Positions 8,601 to 16,350 of a stretch of 20,000 nucleotides of DNA are shown here, piece after piece. The notes beneath the pieces are model-generated. The model saw only the letters and a list, made by a program, of their open reading frames with translations, was not told the DNA's origin and did no database searches. Source of the DNA: an uncultured virus (IMG/VR IMGVR_UViG_3300008120_000157) (taxonomy: Duplodnaviria; Heunggongvirae; Uroviricota; Caudoviricetes; Crassvirales); IMG/VR virus record IMGVR_UViG_3300008120_000157. One strand, written 5' to 3'. The translations under genes were made by a program, and so were the position numbers. Position 1 is the first letter of the stretch, and every line of letters starts with the position of its first letter.

Positions 8601-11600
8601 GCACCGTTAGCATCACGTGCTTCAACAAATGCAAAGAACTTACGTAAATCGGCACTTGCTGTAGCTTTTGAGTTAATAGTAAACGCCCAGTCGTCTGAGT
8701 AAATTGTCTTTTCTAGACCTACTGTTTCTTCACTTTCATCGAGGTCCATACTTTCGTCTACTCGTCCTGTAGAAAGTACACTCATGTATTGGTTTACTAA
8801 ACTTTGTAGTTTAGGAAATTGATCGACAATTTTATCTAGTACTGCAGCTTTTTTAGGAAAACCATTGTTTCTATAAAAATCTGCTAGTTGTTTTAAAGAT
8901 TCTTTATGTTCTTCAAATACAGGAAGAGTTTCTAAAGTTTTCTTGCCACCAACTTCTTTAAGAGCTAAGGCTCTTTTCATGATGTCTGCAGCAATATAAG
9001 ATTGCAAAGATTCTTGAGTACGTGGGCTAACGCCTTCTAATAGTAGTTCCCTAGCTTCAGCAACAATAGTTTCTACTTGATCGGGCTCAATAGTAGCCAA
9101 AGCATCATCAAAAGTATCTTCTGAAATATCAGTGCTGTCTTTAGTATTACCATCTACTTTAATAGTTAATCCATTAGGTAAAGTAATACTGCCTGTGTTT
9201 TGTGTTGAACGGGCTTTATATAATTCTAATGCTTTGTTAAAACTGTCTACAGCATTTTGCTTAGACTCAAAGCCGTTAGCTACAGCATCTTCGTCTGTCT
9301 TTAAAAAAGTACCGTCTCCTAAATTTTGAATATATCCTTCTAAAGTTTTAACAATAGACTCAGGAGCTACTGACTCTAACATCTGAGAGATAATCTGCTC
9401 GGCATTTTCAGTAACAGTATCTGCAACAGGTGGTGTAGTAGTAGCTGTAGGTTGTGTAGCAACAGGCTGTTCTAAAGCAGCTAGTTCTGCATCATATTTA
9501 GCATTTATATCTTGTAACTCTTTTTCTAATTCTTTAATTGATTTAGTCTTACCTGTAAAGTCTTGTGCATAATATTTTTTTAAAGCATTCTTCCTTTTTC
9601 TTTCTATATTAGCTTTTTGAGCTTCTATATCAGTAGATGGTGCAGCAGGTTGACTTGCTGGCGGAGCACTTGGCGGTGTAGCTGTAGAAGCAACAGGCGC
9701 AGGCTTAGGCAATTGATTAGCATTAAGCTTTTGTGTCTGTAGTTTACCAGCAAACTTAGTATCAAAAAGAATAGTTGGCTGAATAGTATAAACCCATTTA
9801 GGCTTATCTTCTGTGCCAATGTTAGCAGAGATTACGTTACTCTTAGTAGAACGTTTAATTTGATCTAAGTAACTTAGAGTCTCTGTTTCTCCTTCTCTAT
9901 TTAAAACTATTACAGTAGGAGTGTTTTCTTGTAGAGCTTCAATTCTTACGTTACTTACCATTTGTGCTAACACATTAGTAAGCTTTGTAAGATTTTCTGC
10001 ATTTAATCTTTTACCAAAATTTGATCCTTCAAAGTTTCTAGAGATTACTACGCCATATCGTTGGACTTCACTACCATCTTGTTGGACGTATTTGTTCATC
10101 ATAATGCCTGGACGGCCGAATTCTATACCTGTTTTAGTAATAGACAGTAACGGCGTAGTAGAAGGTAGAGCACTATTAGTACCGCCTTGCATTAATAAAT
10201 TCTCAATAGATTGCCCTTTAGCAGGAAAAATATAAGTAAATTGATTAACATAGTTAGCTAACCCTACTGAGTCTGTGATATCGTGACCTGTAGCATCAGC
10301 AATAGCTTTAACTACAGGATTGTTAATATCTCCAGTAAGATGTGCTTCAACCGCTAATACAATAGAGTTAACAACCTCAGCTGCTAACTTAGTACGCTCT
10401 AAAGGAATAGCTAAAAATTTATCAGGACCTACTTTAACTATAGCATAAGGACGACCTGCTTGAGTATCTTCTTTATTTATGATTACTCCTTTTTTGCCTA
10501 GTAGATTTTCTTTAGAGTTTGCAAATTTATATTCACCGTCTTTACCTACAGCAATAATTAACTTATCATCAGGCATTGCTTCTGTAAGAGGTAAAGACTT
10601 TCCGTCTGCAGTTTTAAACAAACGACCAAAACTTTTATAATCTACTTTAGATTTAACAGTTCCTTTTTCTACAATAGATTTACGGATTAAGTAATTTTTT
10701 TGTCGGTCTTCAGCAATTGCTTCTTGTGTATTGTCTAAGTTTTCCGCCTTGTACCAAGAGTTATCGTGTACGTAAAATACAGTTTCTCCTGACTCAAGAG
10801 TAACTTTAATAGGAACTTCAGCAATATACTCTGGCAATTGGTTTAATGGAATGTTACGATTTTCAGCAATCTGACGTAACTCTGCTAAACGTAATGGCCA
10901 TGCTATTGTCTCACGAGTATTACTTTTAGGATCGTATTTCTCTCCTTCATACTCAGTATCTATAGTCATAATTAGTTTAGTACCTGGCTGCAATGCATCA
11001 GGGTCTAGTACTAATTGATTATCTTCGAGTTGATCAGTAAACTCTTCACGATTTACAGTAAGTATTTCTGCAGTTTGATTAAAATCTCTTGATAAAAATG
11101 CTGCACGATTATGTCCTTCTGCAGCTCTATCGTAGCTATAAATTAAATTACCATTGACGTCTTGGCCTATTAAATAAGTCTTGTCGTTTTGATTAAGAGA
11201 TTCTGCAGCATTAGTAGTGCGCTTAGAAGCTTGGTCTGCTTCATTTTTTGGGTCAGGTAATCCATCAGGAAGCTCTGTTTCAGTGTCTTTGTTGTTCTGA
11301 TCGTTAGCATCTTTTGTTTCTTGTTCTTCAGTTTCATTACCTTGTTGAAATTGATCAAGTGGATTCTTAGGAGGAGCAGTAGGATTCTTTAAGCGCTCTA
11401 AATGATCAGAATACTCCATGCGAAGTTGATCTTTTTTATTTTGACTTATTTCTGCATCATCTATTGCTTTTTGGATTTCATCATAGTTTGCATCTGTAGA
11501 AGCATTAATTTTAGAACGCAACTGTTGCATTGTAAGTTCGACTTGCTTTCTTTTTGCAGCTGCCGCATTACTTTGTTTGATAGTATCAATCTTTGCTTCT

Positions 11601-13732
11601 GCAAGTTGTCTAAACTGCTCATCGTCAGTTTGATCCATTAATTTTTCTACATCAGGAATAGTTTGTGCGTTAACTAATTCAGCATTAAGAGTTTTAAGTA
11701 ATTCTTTTTTAGCTTGTTTAGCTTCATATTCTTGTTGATATTTTCTACTAGTAAGTGTAGTAAACTCTTCTTGATTGCTTTCTATTAATTTATTTAATAG
11801 CTCTTCCTGCCCTTGATAACCTTCATACTGCTCGTATTCAGGAGTATTTTTGACTTCTTTTAAAAACTTGTTGTAAGTTTTTTGGTTCTCTTTAGTATCT
11901 CCTTGATTATTTTCAATATCGCTAAGTACATAGTTAAGAGGAACTTCTTTCTTTTTTGGAGTACGTTTTACCTCAACACCTTCTACTTTATCAATCTGAT
12001 CGTACTCTTCCGTAAACTTATACTTCTGAGCAATGTCACGCACTTTTTGTGCGTAAGCAACTTGAGCATTCTTAGTAAGAGTACCTGTTGTATTTGCTTG
12101 ACGGTCTAATCTTTGTTTGGCTGCACGGTTATAAAAAATCTCATCGGCGTTTTTATACTCTTCAAAGTTATTATAGACTTCTTCTAATTCTTTTAAATTT
12201 TCTAAAGCTTTTTTAGCATTAGCTAAATATTCAGGACCTACTTCTGCAGGATCCTTAGCCATTTCTTCTTTAAGTTGCTCTTCTAAGATATCTGTAGTAC
12301 CAGATTGAAAAGCTTTTAATGCAGTGTTTTCAAAAAGTTTTTCTCGAATCTCTTGCACTTTAGCATCATCTCCACGATTTGCAGCATCAAACAATTCTTG
12401 TTCAAATTGCATGCGCTCGTTGATATTCATTAAAGCATCAGTAACTTTAACTCCGTTTTGTTTAAGTTCTTCAATTACTTTTTGCTGTCTCTGATATTGC
12501 TGACGAAGATTTTCGTTATAACTAATTTTGTTACCATTTTCATCAAGAGTAGCACCTGGGCCATATTTACTAGACCTTAAAGCTGAAGTAATAGCAGTTT
12601 GTCCTGCTCCACCTATAGCTCCTAAAAAAGCAGCTTCTAAGCCTTCCATAGTACTAATAGCTTCAAAACCTTTTTTCATGTAATCCTTCTCACCACGTCC
12701 TTTAGCTTCTCCAGCTTTTTGCGCGACAAGGTTAACAGTTTCTTCTAAAGCTTCTTGCCCTGCTTCTAATCCTACTTTACCTAAAGTAGCTCCTAATGTA
12801 GGAGCAATAAGAAGGTTACGGGTAGATTTCATTGGGGTCAAGAATGCTTTTGCAGATGTAAGATTTAGAAGAATATTAGCACGGTTAATATTCATTGTAG
12901 TTGCAGCAGCTCTTGCAGCATCTTCTTTTGCTTCTGTGTCACTCTTACCTTTAGCTCTAGAATTTTGGTAAGTATTTTTATAAACCTGGGTAGCTTCAAT
13001 AACAGCTTCTGCTTGGTTCATCATAGTAGCTGCACCAACTTGGCCTACTACACCTCCTACAGTTTTAGCATTTTTTGCCCCCATTACAGTCGCTGCTAAA
13101 CCACGAGCTAATGCTTTACCTCCTAATGATGCTAACTTACCTGCTCCCATACCTGTAGCAGCAAATGCAGTAATAGATTCTACAAGACCTTCGCCTCGTG
13201 TCATCCACCATGCAAAGTCTCCAAGTTGCATTGAACCACTAGGATTTTCTTCATAAATAGGTAAAGCTTCACTAGATTTTTCTTTAATACTATCTGCCCA
13301 ATTAACAATAGAATTAGTTGCTGCTTCTTCTGCACTAAAATACCCAGGAAGATCTAACATAGCTGCAGCTCCTCCAATAATTTGAGGCACTATATTTACA
13401 GCAAGTCTACCTATTGCATTTCCTGCTTGTTCCCAATTAGATTGGTTTTCTGCTCTTAAAGTATTAAGAAAATCTGTATCAAACTGTCCTCCACGTAATG
13501 TATTACGATCTATGTAGTCTTCATATGCATCATAAAAATCTGGAGAATCAATGTTGTACATTGCATCTACTCCACTGTACCCTGCTATCCTGCCTCCAGC
13601 TTCTTCTTGTGCTTTTTCGTAATCAGGAAGAACTCCTGATTTAATAGCTTCATTTTTACTTTGTTGTATTAAACTATCAAGTTTTGAAGTATCTGGAAGT
13701 TTATTAATAGGAGGCGTTGTATTTTTAGGCAT
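5624..13732 (-). CDS. Giant virion/ejected protein (2702 aa): N-terminal Gly/Ala-rich membrane-type region, helical and unknown domains, and a C-terminal first (beta-like) half of the virion RNA polymerase
   Basis: One uninterrupted ORF. The C-terminal region contains FTGDPALY, KRLAG, DAQEY, QPMKPVY, YIKSS, ANKVG, FRIQQDVP and GTQ, an ordered series I recognise from crAss-like RNAP N-terminal/beta-like regions. It lies directly upstream of the DFDVD-bearing gene, apart from the ferritin. Confidence 0.8.
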   Translation of the reverse strand: MPKNTTPPINKLPDTSKLDSLIQQSKNEAIKSGVLPDYEKAQEEAGGRIAGYSGVDAMYNIDSPDFYDAYEDYIDRNTLRGGQFDTDFLNTLRAENQSNWEQAGNAIGRLAVNIVPQIIGGAAAMLDLPGYFSAEEAATNSIVNWADSIKEKSSEALPIYEENPSGSMQLGDFAWWMTRGEGLVESITAFAATGMGAGKLASLGGKALARGLAATVMGAKNAKTVGGVVGQVGAATMMNQAEAVIEATQVYKNTYQNSRAKGKSDTEAKEDAARAAATTMNINRANILLNLTSAKAFLTPMKSTRNLLIAPTLGATLGKVGLEAGQEALEETVNLVAQKAGEAKGRGEKDYMKKGFEAISTMEGLEAAFLGAIGGAGQTAITSALRSSKYGPGATLDENGNKISYNENLRQQYQRQQKVIEELKQNGVKVTDALMNINERMQFEQELFDAANRGDDAKVQEIREKLFENTALKAFQSGTTDILEEQLKEEMAKDPAEVGPEYLANAKKALENLKELEEVYNNFEEYKNADEIFYNRAAKQRLDRQANTTGTLTKNAQVAYAQKVRDIAQKYKFTEEYDQIDKVEGVEVKRTPKKKEVPLNYVLSDIENNQGDTKENQKTYNKFLKEVKNTPEYEQYEGYQGQEELLNKLIESNQEEFTTLTSRKYQQEYEAKQAKKELLKTLNAELVNAQTIPDVEKLMDQTDDEQFRQLAEAKIDTIKQSNAAAAKRKQVELTMQQLRSKINASTDANYDEIQKAIDDAEISQNKKDQLRMEYSDHLERLKNPTAPPKNPLDQFQQGNETEEQETKDANDQNNKDTETELPDGLPDPKNEADQASKRTTNAAESLNQNDKTYLIGQDVNGNLIYSYDRAAEGHNRAAFLSRDFNQTAEILTVNREEFTDQLEDNQLVLDPDALQPGTKLIMTIDTEYEGEKYDPKSNTRETIAWPLRLAELRQIAENRNIPLNQLPEYIAEVPIKVTLESGETVFYVHDNSWYKAENLDNTQEAIAEDRQKNYLIRKSIVEKGTVKSKVDYKSFGRLFKTADGKSLPLTEAMPDDKLIIAVGKDGEYKFANSKENLLGKKGVIINKEDTQAGRPYAIVKVGPDKFLAIPLERTKLAAEVVNSIVLAVEAHLTGDINNPVVKAIADATGHDITDSVGLANYVNQFTYIFPAKGQSIENLLMQGGTNSALPSTTPLLSITKTGIEFGRPGIMMNKYVQQDGSEVQRYGVVISRNFEGSNFGKRLNAENLTKLTNVLAQMVSNVRIEALQENTPTVIVLNREGETETLSYLDQIKRSTKSNVISANIGTEDKPKWVYTIQPTILFDTKFAGKLQTQKLNANQLPKPAPVASTATPPSAPPASQPAAPSTDIEAQKANIERKRKNALKKYYAQDFTGKTKSIKELEKELQDINAKYDAELAALEQPVATQPTATTTPPVADTVTENAEQIISQMLESVAPESIVKTLEGYIQNLGDGTFLKTDEDAVANGFESKQNAVDSFNKALELYKARSTQNTGSITLPNGLTIKVDGNTKDSTDISEDTFDDALATIEPDQVETIVAEARELLLEGVSPRTQESLQSYIAADIMKRALALKEVGGKKTLETLPVFEEHKESLKQLADFYRNNGFPKKAAVLDKIVDQFPKLQSLVNQYMSVLSTGRVDESMDLDESEETVGLEKTIYSDDWAFTINSKATASADLRKFFAFVEARDANGAVMTNELGFPEIIPFDQVYDTLHMLLANKPADLDIMLDTLGLYTEAFPWLQTVIDNIENSPERIKNEFVSDMAKHHIGMKFIMWNKDQYGNYSLQRWSSNSSAMEERLRDYWGSNLLKPGNNLILVNEAGDYIYNKEVVDDIVTIASEWEKNPKDVTNEELAKWLGNFGIVLSDATYKDLRAGKYNNSGRKSWEALFNTSSGLVKVLKEELKAIANNPDKIADKSLLKDSAIKALSKLEAINTASNFSNSFRAGTKTIYSYGNNNYLVNRMRDLTSYDSDNKKFINQDLIDKLKKISFTRDSLWLAALTQDGETGDLMRSSLGIDYLSLEALKRQYTKSQEDRKLNKLTVDEHELVKLGMFFNGSKQVADGKTYRKVSYFYPTMSDKTTMLVVNALAQQVVVTPGGVTDANLESLYQATVQPEINRIRAAVLEGKSDIAGYEPEYFYFFPALNDLIVEVNGTMQNYRDLVRSGNDAVVNPEVKQAVYDYLQETLNTLVDKKLEDWNNLGIGQTIKDAKGRVTDKYTFLDSAYMSNIAKGVGEAARVRFAATDYVFNSLIANSEMMKLFTGDPALYAKFKDGNTTLENLSATFINMGKRLAGDIAPGLELADSANNKYLQVFLQDKKLKSNNLKDSVQKEFFEKINKDYSDGKKGYGEIEGSDAQEYTTWKEHLYVLNQLGRLTDFQYNTINKKLTQQSAGVINNNTKLTYEELGLVMQPMKPVYVGNMTSVEDNADRRVYIKSSSFPLIPQFTAGLQIDKIRQGLEKYEESVSKDITAGGQPKFIRASFGTANKVGAVASEIKTFDDNGNVVDNFEVKPENTLVLDRSNFRIQQDVPYKREKAEINVGTQERALLFVDLLDVQVTKDKTGKDLVKEYNSAYQDLFEYNQKKLAKRLGLYEEITEDNVLEQFNEVEADPEMVEKIAEKMDAISKIKSPIKKQTALQEFEDEIGADNLERINFINQNFDKIVEGLVDSKINYFFDENDQFKNCD

Positions 13733-13739
13733 AGCAAAA

Positions 13740-13755
13740 ACTTTTATGTAAAAGT
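13740..13755. promoter_or_regulatory. Inverted repeat ACTTTTA-TG-TAAAAGT in the only sizeable intergenic gap, just upstream of the 2702-aa gene; overlaps a near-match to the Bacteroidota -7 box
   Basis: Perfect 7-bp arms with a 2-nt spacer. The minus strand reads TACTTTTA versus consensus TAnnTTTG (one mismatch). No clear -33 TTTG element. Confidence 0.3.
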
Positions 13756-13768
13756 AAGAATTTTGTGA

Positions 13769-16348
13769 TTACTTTAAGTACCTCTGTTCTGCAATCTGTA
13801 CCTTTAAACCGTTTATATCACTAGACTTTAATCCAGTATCAACTTTTCCTGCAGGACTAATAACATAAGCTTTATAAATAGGATCGACGTTATTGCCTAC
13901 ATATTCTTTAACTAATCTAATATTTACACCTGTTTCTCCTGTTGGAATAGTTTCTAGTACTGCAGTTCTATTAGTATTATTTACTTCAGCTGCTTCAGCA
14001 CTTTGTCTTGTTACGCTACTACTAGTCATTAAATTATAAAGACCTACTGCAGTTGTTTGAAATGTTTGATTTGCCAATGGATCAGAATCTTTTAGTTGAT
14101 AGTTCATTTGAGCAGTTCTACGTAAAATTTTCTCAAATAATGCTTCTTGTCCAGGTTTAGCCATTACTTCAACAGTATTAGAGCGTGTGTCCCCATCTTC
14201 ATCTTTATAAGTATAAGGTATCTCCATAAATACTACATTACCACGCATACCAATTTTAGGAGTTTTACCTTCTGCTAATTTAGTACCTCCTGCCATTCTT
14301 CCTTCTTCATCAAATCCTGGAACATTTGCCCAACCTCTTCCTGTTAAAGGAGCAAATCTAGTTAGTTCACTAGCATTTAATAATTCTTGTCCTAGTGCAG
14401 CATCTACAACTTTATCTCCTACAATACGGGAACCCATTTCATTTCCTGAGAAATTTTCTTTATATGCTTTATCTTTAGCTAAGTTAATTGTACCACCTAA
14501 TTCTTTAGAACCTGCTCTCGAAAAATCAAACCCGTTTTCTACAGCTTCTGTTAGACTTTTAAAGCCATAAGCTTTTGCAATATTATTAGCTGACAGCCTG
14601 TATTCTGCAGGCATGTAAGTTTCTTTAGCTGAACGAGAAGGAGTATATTCTACTACTCCACTTTCAATTAATTTTTCTACTGTTGTTCCCCAACTTTTTG
14701 CTAACTTTTCTACAGTACCTACATCAGTTAAAGTTTTTTCTTTTCCTAATGTTTGTATTTCTTCTTTAAATCCTTTTAATGAAGTAACACTGCCAGCAAT
14801 TTGTTTAATTTGATCGTCAGCATCTCTAAAACGATTATAGTTTTCTTGCATTCCTTCGAGAGTTGTGCCTACCATTTGAGCAGTTTTAGTATTGCTTAAC
14901 TCATTAAATACAGATGCAGAAGTACTTTGTTTAATGCCAGTAGCTAATCCTGCATTATATAATTTTCTGTGGAAATCAGTAGCATCTTTAGATTGTTGGA
15001 AGATAGCAAAAATTTGTTGCTGACGTGCAACAGCCATTGCTGGGTTAGCTTCCATATTTTTACGCAATTCAGAACCTTTAGCTCCCATTGAAAGAGCTCT
15101 CATATTTCCTCCAGCGATATTATTAATTTTTGTAATATTTGGTACTAAGCTTTTAGTTGCTAAATATCTATTTTGTTCTAAGTCTACACTTACTAATTCT
15201 TTAGTAGTAGGAGTAGTTCTACCTACTGTACCTTCTAATGTAAAATCTTTTCCTGAACCTGATCCACTAGTTGGTATTGCTTGGAAAGAATAATCAGTGC
15301 TTATATTATTTACTTTAAAAATTTGACCTAACTCAGCAGCATCATATTGATTAGCCATGTAATCTCTTGTATATAAAGCTTGAATAATATCTGGATTAGG
15401 GTTATTCTTTTGGTCTAATAAAAGCTGTTTAGTTTCTAATAGTTTTTGGTATTCTTCTGTATCAGTTTTTTTATCTGCTTCAGCTTTTTTAATTAATCTT
15501 TCATTAGCTGATAAATTTTTATCAATTAAATTATTTGCTAAGTTGTAGAAAGAAGCGCCTTCATCTTTAGCATATAAATAATCTTTAAAGTTATAAGCAG
15601 CATTTTCTTGAAGCCATGGCTTAAATCTATCAAGACTCATCATATAAGCTTCTACTGCTTGATCTATTTCTTCAGGTTTTAATTGCTCAAAAGAACTTTT
15701 AACAAATTGAGCTTTTTGAGAAGTAGGTTCAATGCCTAAAGTTCTTAAAGCTCCATCCCATTCTTTAGCTTTCATTGCACTAGCGACTTTATATTTAGTA
15801 TCGTCAAAGTCTTTTTGCATATCTGTGATTCTTCCTACTTTACCAGTAATAGGATTATAAGTTCCTGTAGGATTTTCTGCATCTCTTTTATAAGCAGTAC
15901 CTCCTACATTTTCAAATTTTCGAAGCTCGTCGGTTCTCCATTGCAAATATTGCTGCTTAGTAATATCTCCTTTTGCTACACGAGCAACTTCTTCTTTATC
16001 CCGTTCTGTAAAAGTTTTATAATTTGTTTCTAGTGCAATACGTTCTGGATCTTCTAACCATAATCTATTAAGCTGTTTAAGTTTACTAGCAGCTTGTGTA
16101 TAGTTTTTACTTTCCATTAAGTTAGTTACTAACTCATCTCGTTTAGTTCTATATAATTGTTCTAAAGCTTTTGCCTTTTCCTTTTCATAAGGAAATTCTA
16201 ATGACGTTGCTTTAACATCAGCTTCTTCAATAGCAGCTTTTGTTAAGTCATATTTTTCCTGCATTTTCATTAATGGCTCTGCAAATGCCATTAAATTTAA
16301 AGGCTTATATTGAAATTGAGTAGGAGTACTATACGGAGTAATTGCCAT
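13769..16348 (-). CDS. crAss-like virion cargo/internal protein of unknown function (859 aa)
   Basis: Long ORF with no Cys. The N-terminus MAITPYSTPTQFQYKPL...MQEKYD resembles the cargo gene that typically lies between cargo protein 1 and the RNAP genes. It starts 2 nt after the upstream stop. Confidence 0.7.
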   Translation of the reverse strand: MAITPYSTPTQFQYKPLNLMAFAEPLMKMQEKYDLTKAAIEEADVKATSLEFPYEKEKAKALEQLYRTKRDELVTNLMESKNYTQAASKLKQLNRLWLEDPERIALETNYKTFTERDKEEVARVAKGDITKQQYLQWRTDELRKFENVGGTAYKRDAENPTGTYNPITGKVGRITDMQKDFDDTKYKVASAMKAKEWDGALRTLGIEPTSQKAQFVKSSFEQLKPEEIDQAVEAYMMSLDRFKPWLQENAAYNFKDYLYAKDEGASFYNLANNLIDKNLSANERLIKKAEADKKTDTEEYQKLLETKQLLLDQKNNPNPDIIQALYTRDYMANQYDAAELGQIFKVNNISTDYSFQAIPTSGSGSGKDFTLEGTVGRTTPTTKELVSVDLEQNRYLATKSLVPNITKINNIAGGNMRALSMGAKGSELRKNMEANPAMAVARQQQIFAIFQQSKDATDFHRKLYNAGLATGIKQSTSASVFNELSNTKTAQMVGTTLEGMQENYNRFRDADDQIKQIAGSVTSLKGFKEEIQTLGKEKTLTDVGTVEKLAKSWGTTVEKLIESGVVEYTPSRSAKETYMPAEYRLSANNIAKAYGFKSLTEAVENGFDFSRAGSKELGGTINLAKDKAYKENFSGNEMGSRIVGDKVVDAALGQELLNASELTRFAPLTGRGWANVPGFDEEGRMAGGTKLAEGKTPKIGMRGNVVFMEIPYTYKDEDGDTRSNTVEVMAKPGQEALFEKILRRTAQMNYQLKDSDPLANQTFQTTAVGLYNLMTSSSVTRQSAEAAEVNNTNRTAVLETIPTGETGVNIRLVKEYVGNNVDPIYKAYVISPAGKVDTGLKSSDINGLKVQIAEQRYLK

Positions 16349-16350
16349 GA

